Source of the DNA: Chlorokybus atmophyticus
Lineage: Eukaryota > Plantae > Mesostigma and Chlorokybus algae
Assembly: GCA_009103225.1 (NCBI GenBank)
Contig: RHPI01001737.1
Span: 1,037,489 to 1,101,488 of the forward strand
DNA length: 64,000 bases
Direction of reading: 5' to 3'
A program made the translations under genes and the position numbers. Under the pieces are notes generated by a model. The model worked only from the letters and a program-made list of their open reading frames with translations, had not been told where the DNA came from and did not search any database. Positions 16,582-29,200 of the stretch are shown piece after piece; positions within the stretch are counted from its first letter, which is position 1; each line of letters begins with the position of its first letter.

Positions 16582-18459
16582 CCCCCCCCCCCCCCCCCCT
16601 GCTGCTGCAAGGGTTGACCGCTGACCAGAGCCACTGTGCAGGTGACGACCACTGCCACTACCGTTGCATGCATGACCAACAAGGGGGCGGTAGGTGTAGG
16701 AGTAGCGCGTAGGGTAAAAGCACCTCGGTGGTCGCATGCATGTGTGCAACATGAAGGTGCGTATGACTTGCTGCATGTGATGCATAGCATTAAAATGCAT
16801 GTCTACAAAATTGCCGCGCTTATCGTGTACAACTATGCTAGTGCGTCCAATCGCTGTCACCTCGCAGACACTTGTCTTCGTCTTCGTCTTCATCACCACA
16901 TCCTCTTCATCACTCAAAAAAATGCCTACTTCTTTGCGTGCCTCCTGAATTGGAATTTGCTTAAACCCCTTGAGCAATAGTTGGACAATGTGACGCGATT
17001 AGGACTTATAAAGTTATATAGGGAGAAACTTGTTCAGTTGCTGATATAAAGGTAAATTGTATTTATGTTACTATATGATTTGTACAGGGCATGCAATATG
17101 TGCAAGTTATATTACACATATGTATCAATATGCAAAAATGAAGATTTGCATATATATACAGCATCGTATATATATCAGGGGGTTAAACAATCATAGTATC
17201 ATTTATGTGCACACACACACACACTAACTATACACACACTCATATGTATATATATGTACGTATCTGTAAAAAACAACATAATATATATATATGGCATGCG
17301 TATTACAAGTGAAACACAAGCAGTATACGTGCTCGTGAAAATGAGATTTGTATGTGCATGATTAATGTGGATAAGTACGTGCGTTTATTACGTGTATAAA
17401 TAGATCATTGTGGTCGCTGGACAACATCCTTACCCTCTACCATAAGTAGCATTTTCCGCCGAACTTCCCTTGGAGCTTCGCCGTTGCACAGAGCCATTGC
17501 GTCTAACGGCTCTGTGCAACGGCGGCGGCAGGCAGGCGGGCGGCGGCGGTGGCGGTGGCGGTGGCGGCGGCGGCGGTGCGGCTGCAGTGGTGCAGCCTCA
17601 GCCCTGGTGCGGCCGCAGCGCTGGTGATGAACGTCTGGCCAGCCACTAGGAGGGAGGCCGCAGCAGGCCGCCTGCTAGCTGGCGGCGGGCAGCGGCAGGT
17701 GGGCAGAGTAGTAGAGTGCGCACATGTGAGCGTGTGAGTGTTGCCGTGTTTGCGGTCTTCCACTTGTCGCACTGGCATGGTCTGGCAGTGCATGTGGGTG
17801 CGGGTGTGAGTGTTGGCGAACGGTTTACTAGTGCCTGGCTTGGTATGACAGTGTGAGTGTGCGTGCACATGCGTGTGTGTGCGTGTGTACACGTACATGC
17901 GCATTTATAATAATAGGTAAGCTGGTCGCGGAGACACTACATGTATAGGCCTTAGCAAGCTAGCTTGCAATGTTGTCTAACAATTGTGTGCATGTTGCAG
18001 GGAGCAATGGCGGTGGCGAGGTAGTAGTAGTGCAACTTGCATCATGGCTATACATAGTACGAGTAGCGTTAGGCATAACTACATTGCGTTTCTCTTTGTA
18101 CAGTTGAATAGTATATTGGATTGACGGTGGTGCTTAAATAGCTTCTTGGTATGTTTGGACATTGGTCTATCCCTGATGCACTGCAACCATAATCATAAAA
18201 AAAAAACATGCTCACAAGCACATAAGTGCTTTGATGTGAAGACATATTACAATCACATAATTGCCAAATGAAATCTTGTAAACATTTAACAAGCATAGAT
18301 GTAGCGATAAGATTGCATGCTGTGAGATTGTGCGTGATTTATATGTTTGATTGTCTTAAACCGCCATGTTAGAAAGGTCAAAAAGGTAAATAATGCGTGT
18401 TGCTTGGTAGACCATATGATCGCTACTTCAGTATATTAAATCCTGGTATATTTTTAAAG

Positions 18460-18717
18460 TGAACTCCTCCGCGCCGAAGATGTCCTTCGCCTCTGCGCAG
18501 GTGGTGAAACGTTAGCTTAAATGCAATGACTATCGCAGTGAGTGTGGTGGCTTTATCGTGATGATGTTGTGTGCGTATCATAATCTGCTTCAGTGCCGAA
18601 ACGGAGGCCGGCGCCGTGATCGTCCGTGCCGTGAGTGACAAGCATGCCATTGCTGTCGTACCAGATGCGTGTGGTTTGCCCTAGACGAGTTGCTGATGAT
18701 TAACCATACACACGCAC

Positions 18718-18791
<74 letters not shown>

Positions 18792-19558
18792 GGGGGGGGG
18801 GGGNNNNNNNNNNNNNNNNNNNNNNNNNNNNNNNNNNNNNNNNNNNNNNNNNNNNNNNNNNNNNNNNNNNNNNNNNNNNNNNNNNNNNNNNNNNNNNNNN
18901 NNNNNNNNNNNNNNNNNNNNNNNNNNNNNNNNNNNNNNNNNNNNNNNNNNNNNNNNNNNNNNNNNNNNNNNNNNNNNNNNNNNNNNNNNNNNNNNNNNNN
19001 NNNNNNNNNNNNNNNNNNNNNNNNNNNNNNNNNNNNNNNNNNNNNNNNNNNNNNNNNNNNNNNNNNNNNNNNNNNNNNNNNNNNNNNNNNNNNNNNNNNN
19101 NNNNNNNNNNNNNNNNNNGGGGGGGGGGGGAGGGGGGGGGCTACGTCAGAGTTGAGTTCCTCACCGAGGACGCCATGCGCAGACTTCACAGGCCCATGGT
19201 ATCACTGATGCCGAAGTTGACATGCACGGCCTCGAATGCAACAGTCACTTTGATGCCAAGGCTCACCGCGCTGGCAATGAAAGAGCTCTCCGACACACCC
19301 ACTATAATGCCGCCACCGATGATGTTGTGACCCTCTTAAAGGCGCGTGCCATTGTCCACAAAATACGCGCCACCATTGTTACCAATTGCCGGCATTCCTC
19401 CCGCAATCTCACCCTTGTACTGCACAGAGGAAAGGTACGCATCAGGTCAACACGTGCACAGAGACAGCTCGTTTATGTGCGTGCGTGCGTGCGTGCCCAC
19501 AGCCACATGACATGTGCACACATGTGCACGTGCGTGTACTTAATAGTGTCCACGCTGT

Positions 19559-19632
<74 letters not shown>

Positions 19633-20459
19633 CTGGGCGATGAGGCGGATGGGGGTCTCGTCCAGTGCGGGGATCTGGATGGCATTGTCGGTCATGTAGG
19701 TGTTGGCAGGGCTCGTGGGGATGCCGGGTTTGGAAAAGTGCGCTGCAAGCCAGAAGCCCGTTGGGGTCGTACATCAGTGCATAGTTGCGCCCCTTGCCCT
19801 CTTCTGTCATCCCAGCACCCTGTTAATCGTCCCAAGTCAGTCACACACGACCCACAACAACAACAACAACAACGACAACAATTACAACAACAACGACAAC
19901 ATCCGTGCCTGAAAGTCGAACTTTTGGGAGTTGAAGCCGGTCAAGTGGGGGTGTCTGCAGACGTGAGCAGACGTGGTGGCTTCTTCACCACCATCAGCGG
20001 AGTTCTTTAAGTGACAGAGCTTAGCGCAAAAGCAATCACATTGGATTGTTTGCTTGTGTAACGCGGGGCTTAGCCGACTAAGCCATGGTAGCAAAAGTCG
20101 CTGCCATGAGAGGTTGTGTATTGCTTATTAATGCTTCATAAGCCCTTCTTAGCCTATTCCACATTAACCGGCATTACAGCTTGCATCCCCCCATCGGGAT
20201 GCCGTTCTTGTCTTTCTTGGTCGCATGTTGTGTTGCATGCGTCGAAGCAGGAGTCTTTGCCTTTGGGACAGTCGACGTTATTGCAGGTGGCGCGGCCAAT
20301 TGGCATGCACGCTCCCGGTCCCACCAGACAGTTGCAATCCGCATCGCCAATGGTCGCCGTGCACAGCGCTGCGGTGGCCGGGACACGTAGCAAAAGCAAA
20401 GCCGCCACGCCTGCCGCCAGCGACGGGAAGAATTTTCTCCCTTCCATGACTCGCTCCAT
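18460..20459 (-). pseudogene. Paralog E: frameshift in exon 1, exon 5 truncated, intron 3 contains a gap and simple repeats
   Basis: MEGRKFFPSLAAGVAALLLLRVPATAALC..., CRHPHLTGFNSQKFDFQ|gc, GAGMTEEGKGRNYAL, exon 3 to HGVL, a degraded exon 4, and exon 5 ending after DIFGAEEF. Confidence 0.8.
18804..19118. other. Assembly gap flanked by poly-G, next to (CA)n at about 18722-18788
   Basis: N run. Confidence 1.
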
Positions 20460-22049
20460 GAAGACTGTCCTTGGCTGCTACCCAAGAGAAATGCACACGC
20501 AATGCTTGCACCACTGTGCTAGCCGCCTTGCCCACCCACGCTGCAGTGCATGCACCTGTCTTGGGTACTGTAGTAGCGGCAACCAATGTGACAGCGAGAC
20601 CAAGGAGGGGCTCAGCAGTGCGTGGGCTTGCCAAACCCTTGCTGCACGTACACTGTGGTACAGCTCGGGCAAAGCGCCGCATGCACCTCACACAAATGCT
20701 ACCTTAACCAATCATTAACCAACATCTAAACCACACGTAATGTCCTCTATGGACACACTCCTCAATGATGATCCCTTTCATGCGGCTCTCCAGGATAGGA
20801 TGTTGCGTACTTGTTTGCCATTGACGCGGCGACACTGAGCGTTGCCATGCTGCTAATGAGGACACGCCTTACAACAATATAACATTGTCAAAGATCTTGA
20901 AGGCTGCTGACGCACCCTTCTATAAGAGGTCACAGGTGGCAATTGCAAGGTGCGTCATGCAAGGACATTGTGTACGAAATGTACGTCTGGTGCATGTTTG
21001 GTCGTGCTGCACACGAGCGTTGCTAGACCAGATCTGTCTCTAGATAGATCTGTCTCTAGAGCTTGTTTGCGCTCGTATCTGCTTGCGGGCAAGAGCTGCA
21101 AGCGGGTAAGCTGCTAAGATTATTGGACAGGCTGTTGTATGCGTGGGCCACGCAGGGTGGCGACATGTCACAATGTTATTTTGTCAATGTACCGGTAGGG
21201 TAAACCTGCCTAATGTCGGCTTCGTACCTTACTTTTGCGTAGGCGGTTTTTGGGCTGTGGGAGGCGCAAATGTAATTAGATGGCGGTGGGGCTTTAGGAA
21301 CCGTAAGATACAAGTGGTGGGCACCGTCCAATTCAAAACGCACCCCGTTCGAAGCAGTGTAGCGGGAGATATGAATATTTAAAATTTTATGGTTTAAGTA
21401 AAATGCCCCTATACAAGCTCTAACTAGATAAACTTTTGCAATACCAATGTCTTTTGCTGTGTGGTTTGTTGCAACGTTTTAGTTACTTACCAATGCAACT
21501 TCTTACCAAGTTTCAGATCATATAAATCAAAAATGCAAAAGTTAATGTGCCACCCCTTACGCGTAACGCCGGCATGGGTTAGAGACCTATATTTGGCTGT
21601 ATCTTTTAAACTGGGGTATCTTTTGGCGCGGGGTTTAGTGCATTGTTAAAGTTAGTTAGTATCAAAGTCTACTTGCTGCAAATATTTAGCTAGTTTGAGT
21701 TAGAATTTAAATAGTTAGTGCAGCCCCTTGCGTAAGCTAATCAAGGATATCACTGAGGTAGAGGGTGTGGTAGCTTGGCACCACCGTGTGTTGTGTTGTT
21801 GTGCTGTGTGTGTGGGTTAGCATCAGAGTTGCAGAGCAGCATAGCACCTGTGTGTGGGTTGAGCACATACAAGTTGCAGCATATGCGGGGTTGGTGAGAG
21901 AGAGATGTGCATTGCAACCCAGCAAAGTTCCTATGCCTACTCAAGTAAGGTACTAGTTCCTATGCTATGCTATTGTTGAGCTCAGCGTTCATCATCGCCC
22001 ATGTGTTGTGAGAACTGCCCGCATGTCATTGTGCCCGATCAGGGTCACT

Positions 22050-24240
22050 CTGCTGCAGGTGAGGAGGGGTGCAGCTACACGTGCAAAACGTGTCACCAAC
22101 AAGCAAGTTCAGCTGCGAGAAGGCTAAACTGAACAACGGCAAGAGGGGCCCTACATGAAGAAGAAGGACAGGCAGCTGCTGTTCCCCAAGGTACAAAAGG
22201 CCATGGTTGCCATTAAGGCAGGGTGTATGACTGCTGCTGAGGCTGCCAAAGACCTTGGCTTACCAGAGTCCACCATGAAGGACTACATGGCCAACCCCTA
22301 AGCAAGTACAAGTAAGTAGAGTTAGTAGAGTTAGTGGAGTTACAACAAACACGCCGTGCAGTGCAGTGTTCAGAATTCTTTTATGTTCTTTGCTGCATGG
22401 GTGCAGGCAAGCTTTTTGTTCTAACTCAAGAGGAGGAGAGGCAGCTAGTTGCATTACCGATTTGGCAAAAAGACATTGAACAAGCAATCACACACGATGA
22501 TATTGCTTTCCATGTTGCCAAGCTGCTCCGTGATGACAAGAGAAGAGCAGAATTCAAAGAGGGAATACGTGGAGAGAAGTGGGTGATTCTGTTCGTGAAG
22601 AGGCACAACCTCTTGAAGCGTAAGGCCAAGCCAGTGGATGCCAGTCAACGAACAAGCTTCCGAAGATGGATTGTCAAATATTACTTCAAGAGGTTGAAGG
22701 AGGTGGTTGCTGAGCTCGGCATAGGGCTAGAGAGGCTGGTCTCATGTGACAAAATAGGCATTAAACCAGACAGCATAATGAGGAACAGATCAGTGATCGT
22801 AATGAGGTAAGAGTTGAGCCAATGTTGTCGTGGTTGCATGCAAATGCTGGTTGTTGAGCTGAGAGTAACACATATCTTTGCTTGCAAACTTGTCAAATAT
22901 GCACAGTTGGCAACCACAGGTGCAAGGCAGTAGTAACAGGCTCTGGCTACGCCATCCCCCTCCACTGCAATCCTTACTAACAAGCACCTCTACCTGGAGT
23001 GGTCAGATGCATTCTCCATCCCTGGTGCACAACTCAGTTGCTAGGAAAATGCATGGATGACAACTGAGCTTTTTGCAACCTGGATAGACCACCTGGCGTT
23101 GCACGTGCCTGGGGGAATTAGCCCCAGCAACCCTGCGTTGCTCATCTGCGATGGGCATGTTAGTCGCTACATCGTGGCGACAATCGACAACTGCAAAGCC
23201 ATGGGGTTGGAGATCCTCGTCCTCCCTCCGCACACAAAACACAGGCTGCAGGTGCTGGATGTCTCCTGTTTCAGCTCCTTCAAAGCACAGTATAAGAAGG
23301 AGTACGTTGCATGGATTCACACACACAGGCATGTGAGAGGGCTTTTTAATGAAGATTTTTAAGATGTTGGTGCCATGCTTCTATGGTGGATTGAGCGCCC
23401 CCAACATCCCGTCAGAGTTTATTGCCTGCGGTAAGCTACTGTGCATGCAGTAGACACACACATACACGTGCACACATGCAGTGGACACATGCATGCTCAT
23501 GCATGAATCTGTCTCACATGTGTGCATGCAGGAATCACTCCATGGGATGATTGTGTTGTAGACAAGTACCTTCTTTTAGAGCCCCCGAAGGGACTGCTGG
23601 ACGTGTTTGATGGAGGCTGTGGAGGTTGCTGTGGATGAGCCTGAGGAGCTTGTGCATGAGGAGGCAGCGCAGCCAAAAGTGGATGCCAGCGTCCCACCGC
23701 AGCCAAAGAAGAGGAAGGTTGGGGTGCGGCCCCAAACTGCAGAATGGCTCACATCACAAGGTGTGAGGGACAAACATTATGAGATAGAAGAACCAAGGAG
23801 CAAGGAGAAAGAAGCAGTGCAAGAGAGAAAGCAAGCACAAGCAGCAGCATCACGTGCACGGGATGGCTGCAGAGAAGGCCGAAACAGCAGCTGCCAGGAG
23901 GGAAGAACAGGCATGCAAGCAAGCTGAACAGCAAGCAAACAAAGAAGCTAGGAAAATAGCAAGGGCAGAGGAGGTAGCAGCAAGGCAGCAGAGGCAACAA
24001 CAACAAGGGGCTCACCTGGCTGCTGAGCAAAGACAAAAGACAAGACAAGAGGCCCTTAAGTTACTTGCCAAGTGGGACTGGGATCCCACAATGTGGGTGA
24101 GCGAGAAGCATCTCCCCTTCCTAGACTGGGGGGCTGGATGGAGTACTGCCTCTACAACCCAGCGAGAGACCGGAAAGCAAAGAGCGGGCGCTAGGTGGCG
24201 GGCGAGGCGTGCACAACGTATACAACAAGCTAGCTAGCAG
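22050..24240 (+). mobile_element. pogo/Fot1-like (Tc1/mariner superfamily) transposase gene, intron-containing and degenerate
   Basis: HTH_psq-like segment KAMVAIKAGCMTAAEAAKDLGLPESTMKD, CENP-B-type HTH KWVILFVKRHNLLKRK, and DDE_1 motifs LLICDGHVS and LPPHTKHRLQVLDVSCFSSFKAQY. TIRs were not found. Confidence 0.85.
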
Positions 24241-26299
24241 ACTGTAGAGTATGACCCTATAGATAACCGTAACAACCCTTCCATGCTAACCATGCACAAT
24301 GAGCTCACCGCCCTCGCCGCCCACATGCACGAGACGATCACCACCGCTCATGCCCACCCGGGGAGGCAATGAGCAACATTCATTTTGTCATTTATAAGCA
24401 CGCCATGCATCACTCACGTTTAGAAGACATTCTTGCATTAAAGATGCCTAAAATGATGGCGGCTCCCGGGATGCTTACATTGGAGCACAAGAACTACTTT
24501 TGTACCCTTGCCACTGGTCTTATCAAGCTATGCATGCAATAACAACAAATGAGCTAGTTGCATTATTAACCACTATCTAGTTAATAACGACTACTACTAG
24601 TAGTATGTAGTACATGCTAGCAATAGCCACACTAGGGCATCCTTCCTAGTCAATCACAGTCATTTCCTATGGTAAGACCCGTGGCTAACTGCTTCATTAT
24701 GCCGTCTCATGGTTAATTAAATAGCAACGAATGCCAAAGGGGATGTGATCAGAACTTCCGGTTTTGGAAATAAGGTTGCATTTAAAACCTGACTGCGGAG
24801 GCGCACGAGACGCTTCCGAACAAATGATGGGAGTTTTCCACCGGCGCTTCTACAACCACCACGTCCTCATCCTCCTCCTTACCCTCGCCTGCCTTCTGGA
24901 CCACTTCTTTAGGTGCTAACCCTAATCCGTGCAAACTTCCTCGGAAGCTTCCGCCCTAGGCACAGGAAGCTCTGCGCGAACTTCCTCAGCAGCTCCCCCN
25001 TAAGGGTGGCGCTTGTGGCAAGGAGGAAGGCGAGCAAGAGGACAAGCTTGGCCATGGCTGGCTGTTGGATGAGTCTCTGGCTGGGCTGGGCTGCTGCTGT
25101 CTCAAACTAGTCCAACACAACAGACGAGACCAGAGCGCACTGGCTGAAGCAGAGACCAACATACGGTATGTATAGTACGTGTGGTTGTGGCTTACGCCCC
25201 CCCGGCAGCGGCTGGTCCACACTGCCTGCCGTGTCGTGGCAGCAAGCTGCTCGGCAGTAGAGCTGCTCTCCTCATATCCACATCGTCTTGTGAAGCGGAG
25301 TGAGTGGGTTGAGAGCTTAATGTGGGTTGTGGTAGCTTCTGAATGGCCTCCTGTGCTTCCTGCCCCGAAACCACAACATCATCAACCGCAAGTGGTTGTT
25401 GATTGATGGTTTGCTGCTCTGTCAAGAGTTTAAAATAACCACTCCTCTCCCACCTTGTTACAACTGGTTGATGTTTCTGTTCCTTCCTGCTCTTCGCTAG
25501 CATCTCATTAATAGTCGTGCTCAAACTCATGACAAGTTCTGATGCATCATCGCTCAGGTCATGTTAAGATGGCAACGGTTGATGCAATGTGCCTTCGTGC
25601 AATGCAGTAACATGTGCAAGTGGTGTGTATGTAGGTTCTGAATATAGCTGATGACCATTCAGCAAGATTCCTCCCATAACAACAGTAGGCCGGTGCATAA
25701 ACTCAATTCCCATAAACTGTTGTAGCATTTGTTTGCGTTTCACAGCTGCTTTGCTACTACTAGGTCGTACCAGCTGAGCAGAGGTGATGTCAGGTTTGTA
25801 AGCGAATTTCAGTGTTACTCGTGTAACCTTTTTCTTCTTGTCGTCCCAAAAGAATGGAGCATGCTTCTTTGATGGTGGGGGTGAGTACTCCACACCATTG
25901 TCCTTGTTTGTCATGCGTGGGTGCAAGGGTTCCAACCCACAAGCTTGCCTCCAACCATTCACCCAAGTCAATCTCTCCGGTGCATTATTGGTTGACTTGT
26001 GATGGGGTATGGTGTTGTACAACTTGGCAGGGACATCTTGTGGATACTCTGGGCGCCCCCTGAACTCTATGTTGCCTTCCTGTCAAGGCGCAATGCTGCA
26101 AAAACGTCCGTAATGAGCCCTTATCGAGGCATGTGTAACGATTCTCAGGCTACGCAGTCAGCTGTGCAGTTTGCCACAAGCTTGACCATGATTATTGACT
26201 GAAGCAATAATGATGTGACAAAATTGTGACTGCCATGCCCTATGTCTCCAGCCCCATTACAACGCCCTCAACCATCACAGCCAACCCATAACTGCTCAT

Positions 26300-29200
26300 C
26301 CTAGCTTGGCAGTTCAGCCGAGCCTACCTGTCGGCAAGTAATGCGCGTCGCTGCCGACTGACGCCCCCCTCCTGCCTGCGTGGTGACGGCACACAGGCTG
26401 AGCTGACGCGACGCCCCACCGACGTCACATGTCGCCGCCGCTCCTGGCTGCTGCTCCTCCCCTGCCACCGCCGCTGACCAATGCCGCTGCACTAGCAACC
26501 TCAGAAGACGAGGTTGAGCCTTTTCAGCCCGCTCATCGGTGTCAGCCGGTTGCCGCCATCTAATTTCCACTTGTTTTTCGTACATTTTGGCCAAATATCG
26601 ACCCCTTTTCTGCTGTTTTCAGCCGCGACTCGCTAGGCCTTCAATCACATAACCTCCCTTTTTATTGCTAGCCAATTCCGCTGTTTTGGGATCAGTTCTT
26701 AGCATTACAGGCTGGCCCACCTGCAACCACTCCATCTGTGTTGCGTCAAGTGGTTGCTTTCTCCTTGCAAACTCTTCAATTTGTTTTTGCTGAGCGTGCT
26801 TAATGTTCATGAGGGCACGACCATACAGCTGGCTCACAGACTCGCTGCGCTCAAACAATGTACAGAGCAGCCAAGTCTATATTAAGCAGCCAAGTCTGCA
26901 TCTTCCATTGCTGCATAGTCCAGCTCCTCCACCTCCACGTTATTGACCACATTGTCGAGCTGAAGCTTGAGCTCTCTGTGATACACCATCTTGAATGGCG
27001 TTACGCGGGTGCTGCGTTGCTTTAATACACGGTAGGTCAACAGCACCTGTAACAAGTTCTGCTCCCAGCGATCTCCCACCATGCTTTTATACAGAGCTAG
27101 CTTCACTGTTCCATCAATCCTCTCCACCAACCCATTGGTCTGTGGGTGGTAATCAGCGTAGTTGACGATCTCGACATTGTAGCGTGACAGCAGGTCTTGC
27201 ACTTTACTGTTCACAAACTCTTTGCGGTTGTCGCTTTGAATGATTGCAGGCACACCATGACGACAGATAATGTCCTCAAGCATAAACTGGCGGAGATGCA
27301 TGCCTTCCTTTGAAGGACTAGCCTTTGCCTCCACCCACTTGGTGAGGTAATCAATGGCCATGACAATGCACTTGTTACCCTTCGCAGCCGCTGGCAGAGG
27401 CCCGATCAGATCAATCCCCACTCTGTGAAAGGCTTCAATAGTCACCTTGATAGGGTGCAGCGGGGCAGGCTCACGCAATGTACGACGGTGTTCTTGGCAA
27501 CTTTGACAAGAGTTTACAAACTCCGTCACCTCCTCAGTCATTCTCGACCAAAAGAATCGAGGGCGCAACATCTCAAGCACTTTGCCAGCACTTGGGTGGT
27601 GCATCTTGTCGTGATGCATTACAATGAGCCCTAGCCTCAAGTTCTTGGATGGAACTCTGCGACTCACCGCTTGCCATTGCTCATTATCACCCTTGCGCTT
27701 CCCCTTGCTTTGTTTCACAGATCTAGTCCAGACCTCACTGCCCTTCATCACATACGCCCTTGCTCGTTTGCGCACTTGCCGTCTTTCCTTCTTTAGCAGC
27801 GCAGTGATGCTGGAAGGGTCTTTTAAGAAGGTCAACGACACCTGATCATCCATCACATCCTCAATTGGCTTGGTTGAGGACGTTTTTTGTGGGGGTAAGG
27901 CTTGCTCTGCTGCTGAAGCCTCAACTGCGTCCTCCCCTTCAACATCTTGGCTCACCTGAGCCAAATATGCGTATGTCATTATGTCCGCCACAGGTGCTGT
28001 GTGGTCTGATGCATGGCGTACAGACTTTATTAGCACCATCACGCACCGACTAGCGCATACTACCACACGGGTGTACTACTTGCAGGAGCGCATGCTGTAT
28101 CAGGCGTAGCCCGTCACTGCAATTAAATCCTGCATCACCTCCCCCTCTGATCCGGGGTGTACGGTTGTACTCACATGTGTTGCCTCTGGCATTTACCACC
28201 TGCATCAGTTCAGGCATCACTTCCTCGAATGTCAGGCTGCATGGTTTCATCCTCAAGGGCAGGCTCAGCCAACTCTCCCGTCTGTACACCAAGGTCAACA
28301 GGCTCCAACTCAGGCATCGCCATTTCCTCTACGCCCGCATGTGCAGCCAACCCCTGCATGTGTACAATTAGCAAGTCCACAGGCTCTAGCTCAGGCATCA
28401 CCTCCTCTTCCGGGTATGGCTGCATGATGGCACCATCAGAGGCTGCCTCAGCCAACTCACTGACATGCACTACTTCCTCCTTGGCCGTGTACAAGTCCGG
28501 GGATTGCAACTCAGCGCATCCACATAATTGTGGTTCTTCCTTGGTTGATACTCAACCTCAAAGTCGTACTCTTGCAACTTAAGGGACCACCTGATGAGCT
28601 TGCCCATAGCGTTAGCTGTAGTCATCAGCCACATTAGCGGACGATGGTCTGTCACAACTGTGAAGGTGGGGCCATGCAAGTAGTATCTCATCATTTTCAC
28701 ACTCCACACAATGGCGAGGCACTCCTTCTCCGTCACACTGTAGTTTCTCTCTGCCTTGTTGAGCATCCGGCTTGCTTAAGCAACAGCATGCTCCTTGTTG
28801 TCCACACGCTGTGACAGTATAGCTCCTAAGGCATAGTCTAAAGCATCCGTCATCACCACAACAGGCAAGACAAGGTCTGCCCAACTTAGCACTGCAGTTG
28901 TCGTCAAAGCATTCTCCAGCTCATCAAAAGCTTGCTGCTGAGCTGTTCTCCACACAAAGGACACTGCACTTGGTGTCAGTTCGGTGAGCGGCTGTGCCTT
29001 CAGTGACAAGTTCTCCACAAACCGCCTGTAGTATGAGGCCAGGCCTAAGAAGGAGCGTACGCATGTTTGTGTGGTTGGCACCGGAAACTCTTGCACTGCC
29101 ATGATTTTGCTGGCTTATGGCTTCACACCAGTCTCCATCAGATCATGTCCGAGCATGTTAACCTCAAACAAATGGCGAACTTGCACTTTTCCATCGCCGC

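Noticed and set aside
16252-16977. ORFs spanning N gaps with poly-G/poly-P ends
   Set aside because: They are artefacts of the gap and its homopolymer flanks.
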